A DNA stretch of 64,000 nt from Candidatus Bathyarchaeia archaeon (GTDB lineage: Archaea > Thermoproteota > Bathyarchaeia > Bathyarchaeales > Bathycorpusculaceae): NCBI GenBank assembly GCA_050012755.1, contig JBEKGO010000005.1, forward strand, positions 26,070-90,069, in the 5' to 3' direction. Positions within the stretch are counted from its first letter, which is position 1, and each line of letters starts with the position of its first letter. This document shows, one piece after another, positions 30,401 to 39,943 of the stretch. The translations under genes and the position numbers were made by a program. The notes under the pieces were generated by a model. It made no database searches and was not told the origin of the DNA. It saw only the letters and a list, made by a program, of their open reading frames with translations.

Positions 30401-30815
30401 ATACAAAGAATTCAAATCAATGATTGAAAAACTCAACATGCAATTAGAGTTAGGTTCAAGAATTGATGCTGTAGACGTCAAACGGGTTGCCTTAAAAGTT
30501 CTGACAACCCATTTCCTCAGAGACATAGCAGGCAATCTGCGTGCTTTCTCAACTCAAGCGTTTAGGTGTAAATCGTGCAACAAAAAGTTTCGCCGCCTGC
30601 CTCTCAAAGGAAAATGCCCCTACTGTGGTGGAAAGTTGACGCTTACTGTTTACCGTGGTGGCATCGAGAAGTATCTGGTAGCAGCCCAGCAGCTTGTTGA
30701 CACTTATGGCTTGCCCAAATATTATACTCAACGTATGGATCTGATAAAAGAAGAGATAGCCTCAATATTTGATAACAAAAAACCAAAGCAAGCTAAACTT
30801 TTTGATTTTGAGTAA
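27411..30815 (+). CDS. polC: DNA polymerase D large subunit DP2 (no intein)
   Basis: AGPIRSAGGT, GGFRLRYGRSR, RMGRPEKA, catalytic KRRDCDGDED. Confidence 0.97.
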   Translation: MNISKGYQNYVETMEKTLKQLYAISDSARSKGLDPSLKTECIIAQDIADLVEGLVGPKNVALSIRDLSTKIPREEIAFRVAEEIVLGKFGSMDPERAAEQAIRTALAIFTEGLTAAPIQGVAEVKIKTNADRTRYLAIYFAGPIRSAGGTDQALTLVVGDFVRRQLGLDKYKPTDEEVSRFIEELRLYERSVGRFQYHIPDEELKKALNLIPVECTGTESDPVEVSSYRNLPRVETNRVRGGALRVVNDGIVGRAQKVSVIIDKIGFQGWDWLKEFKKKSEKKSGGFMDDVIAGRPIFAFPSRRGGFRLRYGRSRNTGLSAVGIHPATMHVLENFLAAGTQMRLELPGKGCVTLPVDAIEPPVVLLKDNSVVRVTLENFGEVKGKIQKILFLGDILISFGDFLYSNKTLPPSGYVEEWWAKDVQRAVEQKFGSDCRKAADDIQISLSRLNGFVADPFSNKPTLREAVLLSLHLGVPLHPSYLFFWSSLCDVQEVELLRKWLASGEVLIEDGIVNKISCDVKEDVTSLLRKILVPHKITGGKILLQGEAAGALALCLGLGKTIDIAQAMTVLEAVSALSGVQVKDKAPTYVGGRMGRPEKAKRRDMRPPVHVLFPVSLAGGMHRDLLEAAKQGPVFVEMVKRKCPNCKNYTLRVKCSNCGCNTVAESCCPRCGRTLKDNSCLTCKTDAVQYQRQPVNFKDIIGDACKSLGYPAPKMLRGVKGLTNKDKTPEIIEKGILRAKYDLSVYKDGTIRFDATNAPLTHFTPAEVGVSVEKIRQLGYCSDTHGASLTDPDQVCELKVQDIVIPWRAGDYFIQIAAFIDDLLVRVYKLPAYYNVQKPEDLVGHLVFGLAPHTCACILGRVVGYTDRNVIYAHPIWHSAKRRDCDGDEDAIMLALDTLVNFSNVYLPAQIGGIMDAPILLIPFVNTREVQRQAHDFDVDATYPLEFYQKTWDKGEAKHVSSIMDVISHRLGTEAQFEGFQYTTPVTNINLGNANSAYKEFKSMIEKLNMQLELGSRIDAVDVKRVALKVLTTHFLRDIAGNLRAFSTQAFRCKSCNKKFRRLPLKGKCPYCGGKLTLTVYRGGIEKYLVAAQQLVDTYGLPKYYTQRMDLIKEEIASIFDNKKPKQAKLFDFE

Positions 30816-30894
30816 GCTAAAGCTTTTCAATGTAAAACGCTTGTTTATCTATGGGTGAACAATCATAAGGGAAACTCTGCATCCGAACGCTTTC

Positions 30895-31125
30895 TTGAAA
30901 AATATAAGAAATGTAAATAGTGGTCTTAAAGCTAGAACTAAGATATTGGAAACTCTTGAGGCCAAACCAAGTTTCGCTGGAAGAATAGCCAAAGAAGCTT
31001 TCTTATCTTATAGCGTTGTGATACATCACCTGCGGCTTCTCGAAAAAGAAGGCATTGTTTACCGCAAAGGAAGTAGACCCTACTATTGGGTATCTACAGG
31101 GTTAGGGCAGAAACGCCTAAGTTAG
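30895..31125 (+). CDS. Small ArsR-like winged-helix protein
   Basis: RTKILETL...IAKEAFLSYSVVIHHLRLLEKEGIV. Confidence 0.75.
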   Translation: MKNIRNVNSGLKARTKILETLEAKPSFAGRIAKEAFLSYSVVIHHLRLLEKEGIVYRKGSRPYYWVSTGLGQKRLS

Positions 31126-31457
31126 AAAGTACATTCGCACGGTGAATGCTGGCATTTTGGGCATTTATGGTTATATTTGTTGACAGCTGCTTTTTCAAGA
31201 TTAATCTCCATTATGTTTGCGAGGGACGCAAGCCACGCAATCACATCAGCAAATTCTTTCTCGGTAGCCTCCTTGTCAGTCCCTTTCCTTAACTCTTCGC
31301 CCAATTCCTCAACCTCGTCAACAAGCCAATTAAAAGTCCCGTTTACTCCACGTTCAGAGTCTCTCTTGAAATACAGTTGCCGCATCATTTCTTGAAATTC
31401 ATGGATTTGCATATGCTCACCAATTTGACATTCAATAAGTAAAATTCCTTTAAACAT
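31122..31457 (-). CDS. MazG-like nucleotide pyrophosphohydrolase
   Basis: WLVDEVEELGE, EFADVIAWLASLAN, C-terminal CPKC..PCEC. Start probably MQIHEFQ. Confidence 0.88.
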   Translation of the reverse strand: MFKGILLIECQIGEHMQIHEFQEMMRQLYFKRDSERGVNGTFNWLVDEVEELGEELRKGTDKEATEKEFADVIAWLASLANIMEINLEKAAVNKYNHKCPKCQHSPCECTF

Positions 31458-31546
31458 TTAAGGTATGATTTGTGAAAATACTGTTTAGCCTTCTGTCTGC
31501 GCAAGATTAATTAAATGCAGGCAATACATGAGAGGCAGGGATATTG

Positions 31547-31720
31547 GTGAGTAGGAAGAAAAAGAAAGACACGGGTCCAATGCCTGCAGCAAGTGCAGGT
31601 TTGCTTAGGTTCTTCGAGGAAGAAACCGAAGGAATAAAAATTAGACCTGAACTGCTCGTAGTGTTCGCAGTTTCACTAATAGTCATTTCTGTTTTGGCTA
31701 AAGTATTTTTTGCAGGTTAA
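31547..31720 (+). CDS. secG: Preprotein translocase subunit Sec61-beta
   Basis: Below the ORF-track cutoff. Manual translation MSRKKKKDTGPMPAASAGLLRFFEEETEGIKIRPELLVVFAVSLIVISVLAKVFFAG shows the AGLLRFFEEE..IKI.P motif plus one TM helix. Confidence 0.9.
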   Translation: MSRKKKKDTGPMPAASAGLLRFFEEETEGIKIRPELLVVFAVSLIVISVLAKVFFAG

Positions 31721-31727
31721 ACGCGTC

Positions 31728-32018
31728 TTACCGCCTCGGCGGGGTCGCGTGCAAAACTTCTATTCTTTGAACCGAATTCAAATGAAGAAATAGTTCGCTT
31801 CTTTCTTCTCGACTCGCAACTTGCGGAATAGGCTGGGCAATAGTTGATCTTAAAACAATTGCTTCTGCGTCTGATAGCCAGATACCTGATGGTTCATGCG
31901 TTACTGCAACCAGCATGCCTTCAAAACCATAGGCTGGATCTATAATAACACGGATTTTTTTGCCTAAGTTCCTCTCCAACATGTGAAATATTGAAGGAGG
32001 CAAATCTTGATCTGCCAT
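31728..32018 (-). CDS. Divergent Sm/Lsm-fold protein
   Basis: LERNLGKKIRVII...FEGMLVAV...IWLSDAE...LFLHLNSVQRIE fits the Sm1/Sm2 pattern. Confidence 0.6.
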   Translation of the reverse strand: MADQDLPPSIFHMLERNLGKKIRVIIDPAYGFEGMLVAVTHEPSGIWLSDAEAIVLRSTIAQPIPQVASREERSELFLHLNSVQRIEVLHATPPRR

Positions 32019-32265
32019 AGAGCTCGCAAACTAATACAATAGTTATCCTAAAGATAAAACAGTTCCCCTGCTAAAACCATATTGACTTCTCTGCTCATTG
32101 GTGAAAAGTGCCGTTTGTTGCCTTTGTTTTTTTACTCCTTCATGCCTAATTACACCCGCCTCGCTTGTCTGTTATAACAAAATTTGTGTTTCTTGCTCTT
32201 ACTTTGGCTAAAGAATTTTAATAACTCCTTCTAAATCCATATGGCAGCTTAGCAGAGTTGAAAGC

Positions 32266-34092
32266 ATGGAGAGCAAAAGTTCACTTAATAAATCAATTGA
32301 TAGTGCCTCTAAACACTACTCCTCTATGTTTCCTCTTCCCTCGTTCAGAACAGCCCTTGTTGTCGTCGCTGCGTTATGCATAGCAAATGGGCTTTCAACT
32401 TTCGCCGTCCCCCAGTCTCAAAAGCTACTTTATGGTTTAGCTCTTGGTCTTGCTTTTTTCGCTCTTACCCTTGTCTCTGACTTAATAATAACCAAGATAC
32501 CCCTTAGAAATGACCCAATTTTCTCGTTAAGACGTACTCTTGTCGTATCCCTTGTTGGATGGATTATATGGCTTGTTTTCAATATCTCAGGTATCGCGTT
32601 AAGCTTTACATTTGGCTTTTTGATTTGGGTTAAACTCTGCCTAATAGGCTACGCAGCCGTCATAACTCTTAGAATCATCGTTCTGATTGCAACTTCAACC
32701 TCCGATCGTTGGAGAAAAGGGATATCTGTCTTGTTTCAACCTGCCCTTTGTATAATTGCTTTTGTGATTTTTTGGTTTAACACTTCAAACGCATTTCCGC
32801 TTATGCAAGTTTTGCTTTTCATTGTTGTTTCTCCAATAATCTCTTTTCTTTCAGTCATTCTATTTTTTTACTCTATTGAACGTTCAAGTCAGAAAACCTT
32901 TTCAATGCGCTCCATACCCCTGTTTAGAGCATTCATAGTTAACTGGGCAACCGACCAAAATGCGCTTATGGAAAAATACCTTGAAGAAATGGGTGAAGAC
33001 AAAGACATTGAAGTTACTCTTCTAAAATTTGACTCTTCGAAACCTAAAGCGGCTATCATTGTTCCGCTTGTGCACCCAGGTCCATTCAAGAATATCGGCA
33101 GCAGTCTGTTGCCTTCGCTTCTGAAACAAGGCTTTGAAGAAGAATATGGCTGTGCCACTTGTACTCCTTTGGGCATTCTTGGTCATGAGCTTGATTTGGC
33201 TTCGCAAGAGCAGAATCATAAAATAGTTTCTCAGGTAATCGCTTCTGCAAAGTTTAAGTCTACGGCAGATTTAGCGTCGCCTTCTGTCAGAATCACAGAG
33301 GGTGCTGCTACTGCTTCAGGCCAGATTTTTGGAGATACACTTTTTCTTTCTTTTTCGCTTGCTCCAGAAACAACTGAAGATTTACCGCAAGGCCTAGGTC
33401 GATTTGTTGTTGAGGAAGCAGCAAAATACGGTTTAAACGGTTCTGTAGTAGTTAATACTCACAATAGCATTAGCGACTTGGTTGATGTCGAAGCGCATTT
33501 GAACGAATTACAAACTGCCGCTTCTAAATGTATTCAAAAGGCAGTAAGACTGCAAACGAAACGGTTCTTGGTTGGCGCTGATAGCGTGTTTCCAAAAGAA
33601 TTTTCGTTGAAGAACGGAATGGGTACGGGCGGAATCACAGCTATCGTTGTTCAAGTAGAGACCCAGAAAACCGTTTATGTCGTCATTGACGGAAATAATA
33701 TGATTCCTGGGTTGCGTGAAAAGATTCTTACGTCTTTGGCTTCAGTCGGGTTTGCTGCAAGTGAAGTTTTCACTACTGATACTCATGCTGTGAGTGCATT
33801 GATCACTGGTGGGCGGGCTGGTCGACGAGGTTACCATCCTGTTGGCGAAGCGATGGATCAAGAATTGCTGACCCGTTACATCTGTGATGTTGCAAAAAAC
33901 GCAGGCGCAAACTTGGAGGTCGTCAGTGCTGGATACTCGAACTTCATTGTTCCGCAAGTCAGAGTAATCGGGGAAGAACGGTTGAAATCAATAACAACAC
34001 TTGTTGATAGCGCCATTAAAAAAGCAAAACAAATGCTTCCAATTTTTGGGTTAGAAGGTCTACTTCTAATCTTGCTCTTGCTGCTCTTCTAA
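32266..34092 (+). CDS. DUF2070 family membrane protein
   Basis: N-terminal TM bundle; HPGPFKNIGSS, NTHNS, IDGNNM, TTDTH, GYHPVG. Confidence 0.85.
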   Translation: MESKSSLNKSIDSASKHYSSMFPLPSFRTALVVVAALCIANGLSTFAVPQSQKLLYGLALGLAFFALTLVSDLIITKIPLRNDPIFSLRRTLVVSLVGWIIWLVFNISGIALSFTFGFLIWVKLCLIGYAAVITLRIIVLIATSTSDRWRKGISVLFQPALCIIAFVIFWFNTSNAFPLMQVLLFIVVSPIISFLSVILFFYSIERSSQKTFSMRSIPLFRAFIVNWATDQNALMEKYLEEMGEDKDIEVTLLKFDSSKPKAAIIVPLVHPGPFKNIGSSLLPSLLKQGFEEEYGCATCTPLGILGHELDLASQEQNHKIVSQVIASAKFKSTADLASPSVRITEGAATASGQIFGDTLFLSFSLAPETTEDLPQGLGRFVVEEAAKYGLNGSVVVNTHNSISDLVDVEAHLNELQTAASKCIQKAVRLQTKRFLVGADSVFPKEFSLKNGMGTGGITAIVVQVETQKTVYVVIDGNNMIPGLREKILTSLASVGFAASEVFTTDTHAVSALITGGRAGRRGYHPVGEAMDQELLTRYICDVAKNAGANLEVVSAGYSNFIVPQVRVIGEERLKSITTLVDSAIKKAKQMLPIFGLEGLLLILLLLLF

Positions 34093-34145
34093 ATTAACGT
34101 AGCTTACAGAGTAGTAAAGGTTAATATTGATTCTTTACTAGGCTT

Positions 34146-35501
34146 TTGTGGAGTTATTTCAAAATGAATTCTTACCCTAAAATTATTGTTTCCCCACCCG
34201 GCCCCAAGGCAAGGGAGCTCGTTATAAAGGATGAACGGTTTGTCTCTCCATCGTATCTGCGGTTTTACCCACTTGTCGTTGAATCAGCAAACGACTGCGT
34301 GGTTAAGGACGTTGATGGAAACGAGTACATTGATCTTAACTCCGGCATAGCCTGTATGAACGTAGGCCATAACCATCCTCGCGTAGTTGAAGCCATAAAG
34401 AGCCAGTGTGACCGTTTTCTACATTATTCTAACACGGACTTCTACTACAAAGAAGTCATCAATCTGGCAGAAAAGTTAGCTACCATAACTCCTGGAGAAG
34501 GTGAGAAAAAAACCTATTTCGGCAATAGCGGCACCGAAGCCGTAGAGGCAGCAATAAAGCTTGCAAAATGGCACACACGCAAACCCCAATTCATAGGATT
34601 CATCGACGCTTTTCACGGACGTACTATGGGTTCATTAGCTTTCACCGCGAGCAAACCGATTCAAAGGAGACACTTTTCTCCCTTTATGCCTGGAGTCGCT
34701 CACGTTCCTTACCCCCATTGCTACCGTTGCCCCTTCAAACTAGAGCAACCAGACTGTAATTATTGGTGCGCAGATTTTATTGAGGAACAAGTACTTCAAA
34801 AGTATATGCCTGCAGAAGATGTTGCAGCTATTCTTTTTGAACCAATTCAGGGAGAAGGCGGCTATGTAGTTCCTCCAGCCGAGTTTTTCCAAAAACTCAA
34901 AAAAATCGCCGATAAATATGGAATACTGCTCATCGATGATGAAGTCCAGTCTGGCATAGGCAGAACTGGCAAATGGTTCGCTATCGAGCACTGGGGCATC
35001 GAACCAGACATAATCTGTAGTTCAAAGGCTTTAGCGTCAGGCTTACCCATCGGCGCAACAATTGCCAACGCAAGAATTATGGATTGGACAAGTGGGTCGC
35101 ATGCAAGCACTTTCGGCGGAAACCCGCTATCCTGTGCTGCTGCAGCGGCAGTTATAGATGTTATTAAGGAACAGCAATTGCTCGACAATGCTAACAAGCA
35201 AGGAACTTATACGATGAAAAGATTAGAAGAACTCAAAGAATCTAACAGTATAGTTGGAGATGTACGTGGTAAAGGTCTAATGATTGGCGTTGAAATTGTC
35301 GAGGACAAAGAAACGAAAAAACCTTCTCATCAAAAAGCAACTGAAGTTATGGTGCGTTCATGGAAACGCGGAGTCGCCGTTGTCACTTGTGGCGTTTCAA
35401 CGCTGAGGATAGTTCCACCACTAACAATACAAACTGAAATGCTTGCAACTGCATTGGATATCGTTGAAGATACAATTAATGAGGTCGCAAAAGAAGCATA
35501 G
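34146..35501 (+). CDS. Class III PLP aminotransferase (4-aminobutyrate/acetylornithine family)
   Basis: DVDGNEYID, NSGTEAVE, FHGRT, EPIQGEGGY, DEVQSGIGRTG, SKAL. Start probably MNSYPKI. Confidence 0.92.
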   Translation: MWSYFKMNSYPKIIVSPPGPKARELVIKDERFVSPSYLRFYPLVVESANDCVVKDVDGNEYIDLNSGIACMNVGHNHPRVVEAIKSQCDRFLHYSNTDFYYKEVINLAEKLATITPGEGEKKTYFGNSGTEAVEAAIKLAKWHTRKPQFIGFIDAFHGRTMGSLAFTASKPIQRRHFSPFMPGVAHVPYPHCYRCPFKLEQPDCNYWCADFIEEQVLQKYMPAEDVAAILFEPIQGEGGYVVPPAEFFQKLKKIADKYGILLIDDEVQSGIGRTGKWFAIEHWGIEPDIICSSKALASGLPIGATIANARIMDWTSGSHASTFGGNPLSCAAAAAVIDVIKEQQLLDNANKQGTYTMKRLEELKESNSIVGDVRGKGLMIGVEIVEDKETKKPSHQKATEVMVRSWKRGVAVVTCGVSTLRIVPPLTIQTEMLATALDIVEDTINEVAKEA

Positions 35502-35502
35502 G

Positions 35503-36057
35503 CTACTTTGCTTTCACTTTCTTCACCGTTCTACGCGGTTTTCTCTTAAGAGCAGTACCGCAAACTTTGCATTCCTTCGCCGAGCTGTTGGCTGGGTATT
35601 CTCGGAAACAAGCTGGGCAATACCTTATCCACTCTAAAAGCCGTTTGATACCAAAAGTGACAAGCGCCGAAAATTCTATATTTAATTGTGTGGCAACATT
35701 CTGAATTGAGTAATCATCACTGACAATCTGAGGATTGTAACCCGTTGCTTTCAGTTCTAATGCTAAAGCTAGTAGTTCAATGTCAGTTTCCGATAATTTG
35801 AAGGAGTCGCCAACTTTGCTAGACGATGCTCTAATTTGATTTACGTATTCTCTTGACGGCGCTTTAACTTTCACCCGTCCGTTTTCTAATGCTGTTTCGA
35901 AGCGTAGCTTATTCATAGAATTTCTTTTTATTTCTTCTTCAACCTTGGGAACAGTCACTTGCTCTACGTTTAATGAGAAAGGATCAAAACCTGCTACAAA
36001 AGCAGAAGTATCTAGAACAATAGCTCGTTTACATGGGTTGTTGACTTGAGGATTCAT
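35503..36057 (-). CDS. nob1: Nob1 PIN endonuclease with a zinc ribbon
   Basis: VLDTSAF, LSETDIELLALA, SDDYSIQNVA, CPAC..CKVCG. Confidence 0.9.
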   Translation of the reverse strand: MNPQVNNPCKRAIVLDTSAFVAGFDPFSLNVEQVTVPKVEEEIKRNSMNKLRFETALENGRVKVKAPSREYVNQIRASSSKVGDSFKLSETDIELLALALELKATGYNPQIVSDDYSIQNVATQLNIEFSALVTFGIKRLLEWIRYCPACFREYPANSSAKECKVCGTALKRKPRRTVKKVKAK

Positions 36058-36902
36058 TCTGTTCCCTTAAAAAGCAAGCGGCTTTTCAGTCGGTCGTAAA
36101 AATCAGTTTCAAACCTTATGAAAGAGGTAATGTTTTTGGATACTGTGACTACTAAGGTTGGCTGTTTACTGTTTATCTGTTTACGGTACTTCCCATCAAT
36201 GAGAACAAGGATTTCCTCTGCCTTAGTTACGTTTAAAGTGATGGTGGAGTAGGCAGGAAAAACAAGTGGATGAAAAACTGTTAGCGGGCAGATGGGGGTG
36301 ACAACGAAAGCGCCTACCGCTGGGTCTAAAACTGGTCCACCTGCAGAAAATGAGTATCCAGTGGACCCTGTTTGGGTGGCTATAATTAGTCCGTCTGCTT
36401 GGCAATTGAGAATCGGTTTACCATCCTTGCATATTTGCGTATAAAGTATTTTTGATGGTTCACCAGCAGAAATTACAACATCATTCAATGCGTCAGGTAA
36501 AATTTCTTCGCCCGCAATCACCGATAGTTTTGCGCTTTTCTCTATTTTGTATGTGCCTTTGAGAATTTTATCCACGGCTTCAAAAGCGTTCTTGGGTTCA
36601 ATTTCAGTTAGAAATCCTCGGAGCCCCATGTTTATTGCTAAAATTGGCGGTTCAGGCTTACTTAGGCCTATACATGTTCGAAGTATTGTTCCGTCGCCGC
36701 CGATTGTTATTAAGAAGTCAGTTTTCATTTTTGAGAGGGGAACCATCTCTTCCTTAGTGGCAATTTTTCCCGCGAGCGTATCTTCGATGTAAACTCTCAA
36801 TCCTTTCTTCGCAAGATACTCTGCAAGCTCTTCCGCAAGCTTCAATGCAGATTTCCTATCGTAGCGGGCAATTATTCCTACACTTTTGAACAATAATTCC
36901 AA
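36054..36902 (-). CDS. nadK: NAD kinase
   Basis: GGDGTIL, INMGLRGFL, ALND, ADGLIIATQTGSTGYS. Confidence 0.93.
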   Translation of the reverse strand: MELLFKSVGIIARYDRKSALKLAEELAEYLAKKGLRVYIEDTLAGKIATKEEMVPLSKMKTDFLITIGGDGTILRTCIGLSKPEPPILAINMGLRGFLTEIEPKNAFEAVDKILKGTYKIEKSAKLSVIAGEEILPDALNDVVISAGEPSKILYTQICKDGKPILNCQADGLIIATQTGSTGYSFSAGGPVLDPAVGAFVVTPICPLTVFHPLVFPAYSTITLNVTKAEEILVLIDGKYRKQINSKQPTLVVTVSKNITSFIRFETDFYDRLKSRLLFKGTE

Positions 36903-36969
36903 CTCAGTAAAATAGCGTGAACTTAATCTATATTAAGCTTTTAAGGTATTCTGGACAAGGTCGATGTGA

Positions 36970-37773
36970 ATGACAACTTCGCCCAAGACTATGCCTGTTC
37001 TCTTTGTTGGTCATGGTTCACCAATGAACATCGTTCTCCATAACAGCTACACTGAAAGTCTCGTCAAAGCCGCTAAAGACCTTCCAAAGCCCAAAGCAAT
37101 ACTTGTAGTCTCGGCTCATTGGCTAACAAACGGCACATACGTAACATGCGTTGAAAAGCCAAAAACAATCTACGATTTCTACGGGTTTCCAGACGAATTA
37201 TACAAATTGAGTTATCCAAGCCCCGGCTCACCAGACAACGCTCAACTAGCAATCAAAGTGGCAAAGTCAACTCAGATAAAATGTGGAAACTGGGGGCTAG
37301 ACCATGCTGCGTGGGCTGTCTTGAAACATATGTATCCCGCGGCTGACATTCCAGTTTTTGAGATGAGCCTCGACTACTCGCCCTACAACAATTGGAATCC
37401 AAAGCCTCTGGAGTTTCATTACAAATTAGCTTCAGAACTTGCACCTCTACGAGAAAAGGGCGTTCTTATTATCGGAAGCGGAAACATCGTTCACAACCTG
37501 GGGCTCATTGATTTCGACACCGACGCTAAACCCTTCGATTGGGCTGTAAAATTTGACGAAAAAGTCAAACAATGCCTAGTTTCAGGAAATCACAAAGACC
37601 TCATCAACTACACGGAGTTAGGAAAAGAAGCCCCTTATGCAGTGCCCACTCAAGACCATTATCTGCCAATGATTTACGCAATTGGACTGCAGAAAAAAGG
37701 GGAAACTCTGAAATTTATCCATGAAGGTTTTCAAAACGGCTCAGTGTCAATGCGAGCCTTCCAGATAGGATAA
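36970..37773 (+). CDS. ygiD: 4,5-DOPA extradiol dioxygenase-like protein (LigB family)
   Basis: LFVGHGSPMN, VSAHW, IYDFYGFP, WGLDHAAW, GSGNIVHNL, PTQDHYLP. Confidence 0.9.
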   Translation: MTTSPKTMPVLFVGHGSPMNIVLHNSYTESLVKAAKDLPKPKAILVVSAHWLTNGTYVTCVEKPKTIYDFYGFPDELYKLSYPSPGSPDNAQLAIKVAKSTQIKCGNWGLDHAAWAVLKHMYPAADIPVFEMSLDYSPYNNWNPKPLEFHYKLASELAPLREKGVLIIGSGNIVHNLGLIDFDTDAKPFDWAVKFDEKVKQCLVSGNHKDLINYTELGKEAPYAVPTQDHYLPMIYAIGLQKKGETLKFIHEGFQNGSVSMRAFQIG

Positions 37774-37889
37774 AAACCACATGGTTTTTCAATATTCAAT
37801 ATGTTTTGTTGATGCTTTTGTATACCGTCTTGTTCGAGTGAGGCTTTCTTCTTTTTTTCTCACAGTGACCGAGGTATAGGTCAAAAGTT

Positions 37890-37921
37890 TATACAGTATG
37901 ATATACAGTTTGATATACAGT
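37890..37921 (+). promoter_or_regulatory. Three TATACAGT direct repeats at 12-bp period (putative operator)
   Basis: Copies at 37890, 37902 and 37914, ending 9 bp before ATG 37931. Confidence 0.6.
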
Positions 37922-37930
37922 TGTGAGTCT

Positions 37931-38281
37931 ATGCCAAAAGGTATGCCTAAAACGTTTAAAGGATTCCGATTTAACACCAAACTCTATGAAGAATTTAAGA
38001 CGCTGGCAACCAAGAACGGTTATACTGTGACGGCCGCTTTTGAGAAATTTATGTCCAACTCTATTGAGTTTGGGCTTTCTTTTCCTTCCCCGGCTAAGGT
38101 GGAAAATGTAGAGGCTGAAGCTCGAATTATGCTTGCTTGGCTCAAAGAAGGACGTTACTGGGTAAATCTCGGCGGAGGAGCAGAAACCAGTACTCGAGGT
38201 CGCCTTCTGTTGCTTTTGCCCAATATTGTAGATGCCAATTTGAGAGTGGATATAGAAGAAACTTTGAAAAAGAAACCTTAG
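37931..38281 (+). CDS. Ribbon-helix-helix DNA-binding protein
   Basis: KTFKGFRFNTKLYEEFKTLATKNGYTVTAAFEKFM is an RHH pattern; start moved to MPKGMPK. Confidence 0.7.
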   Translation: MPKGMPKTFKGFRFNTKLYEEFKTLATKNGYTVTAAFEKFMSNSIEFGLSFPSPAKVENVEAEARIMLAWLKEGRYWVNLGGGAETSTRGRLLLLLPNIVDANLRVDIEETLKKKP

Positions 38282-38470
38282 ACCGTTGTTCTACGGGGTA
38301 TGTTAAGTCGAACTTGCGTGTCGTCATCAATAAGTAAGAATAGCCGCGCAACAAATCAACCTAACCATTCTGTTTTTGGTTCTCGTGCCATAACCATTAA
38401 GCCGCTTTTTGTTTGGAATAAGAAATCTTACTTGAAAGTTGAGAGCTGTCAATAGATTTGAAAACGCAAA

Positions 38471-39943
38471 CTAATGCGTATACATAAAGGCGGCTCTCCC
38501 TGGTGGCGCCGCATGGGAAGCTGCTCGGCAGGCTAATGCTAGAGCCATCAGTTGATCATCATGTTTTCCTTGCGGATGCCAGAACTTTAAGTGGATCCGT
38601 TCTTGCGCAGTTTTCGGCTGCAAATATTCATATTGCTGCTCATTCATCTGCGCAATCAACGCCTTGTCATCTCCAATTATCTTAAGCAATTTCTTTTCCA
38701 TTAGGAGTTTAAGATTGTTTAACATGTTTTCTTTTTCTATATCAGTAAAGAATACCCCTTCAACGCCAAACATATCAATTCTGTAAAGTTCATCAACTAT
38801 TGCATCGCCGATTCCACCCTTGTCCACGCCTAATCTTTCGAATTTGAAGACTTGGTTAGCTCTAGCTACATATCCGATTACTTCTGGATAACTGGTGCCT
38901 AGTGGAAGCTGCCGTTTATGCACCACCCGCATCTCCCCCGAATCAAATCTTTTCACAACAACTAGCACGCTATAATCAACTTGTTTGCCTAAATCTAACC
39001 CCGCATAATAAGGTCCCTCAAGCTGTCCCGGTTTTGTTTTTTCAATGTCTTCGATGTAGGCGTTAGGCGAGTCAGGGTTCCCCAAATCTGCATCTACGCA
39101 AGTGACAATCAAGTTAATTGGGAAGAAAGTGTGTGTAGCTTCTACCCATAAGCCTTCAACTTCTCTTTGCCACTCTTCCTGCGTCATAACCTCCTTCCAT
39201 TCATCAAGTTCTTTCTGGCTAACAAGAGGACTTTGATAACTTGCGTAATGATGCACGCTGTAACGATTTGTATCCAAAAAAGCTTTGCGAAAAACATGAT
39301 CAGAGCTCATCGGTGTACCACTCATTACAAGGCAAGAATTAGGTTTTGTTAACATCATCATTATTTCACTTGTTATCATTTCGCTTGGAACAATCGATGC
39401 CTCATCAATGAAAATGAAGTTTGGATGATATCCTCTGAGTCTGTCTTTTGAGCATGGTAAGGCGATGAGTCTTCCGCCTAGAGGCGGTTTTACTGTTATT
39501 ATTGTTCTCGAAGTTCCATGTTTTTGAATCAACTCTTTCAATAGTGGGTTAGCCATAGTGGTTGAGAAACAGTAATCAAACATAATCATCGATTGACGTT
39601 GAGTGCTACTTATGATTAAACTCTCAATCTTGGGTTTTGTGAATAACAACCAGAGATTCTTTCTACTAAATACCAAACTCTTGCCCCATCCTCGCCCACA
39701 AACCGCCACCTGCTTAGAATTAGTGTCTCTGAGAAGCTTCTGATGTTCCGGTGCATGAACAAGCCATTTATCGCCGCACATTAACACCGCGAAAAATACA
39801 GGATCCTGAACAAGTTTGTCAATTACTTCTTTGTGAGATACCAATTGTCTTAGCGCTTTAGGCTTCTGCAACAAACCCTCGCAAACCGAACCAGCAAATT
39901 CCAAGTCATTTGTTACCTTCTCGATGAAAGTCTTCTCGTCCAA
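38471..39943 (-). CDS. Phage-type terminase large subunit
   Basis: Walker A CGRGWGKS, Walker B FIFIDEA, coupling motif SGTP, RNase H-fold GLDLGKQVDYS, DKGGIG, HDDQLMALALA. Confidence 0.9.
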   Translation of the reverse strand: MDEKTFIEKVTNDLEFAGSVCEGLLQKPKALRQLVSHKEVIDKLVQDPVFFAVLMCGDKWLVHAPEHQKLLRDTNSKQVAVCGRGWGKSLVFSRKNLWLLFTKPKIESLIISSTQRQSMIMFDYCFSTTMANPLLKELIQKHGTSRTIITVKPPLGGRLIALPCSKDRLRGYHPNFIFIDEASIVPSEMITSEIMMMLTKPNSCLVMSGTPMSSDHVFRKAFLDTNRYSVHHYASYQSPLVSQKELDEWKEVMTQEEWQREVEGLWVEATHTFFPINLIVTCVDADLGNPDSPNAYIEDIEKTKPGQLEGPYYAGLDLGKQVDYSVLVVVKRFDSGEMRVVHKRQLPLGTSYPEVIGYVARANQVFKFERLGVDKGGIGDAIVDELYRIDMFGVEGVFFTDIEKENMLNNLKLLMEKKLLKIIGDDKALIAQMNEQQYEYLQPKTAQERIHLKFWHPQGKHDDQLMALALACRAASHAAPPGRAAFMYTH

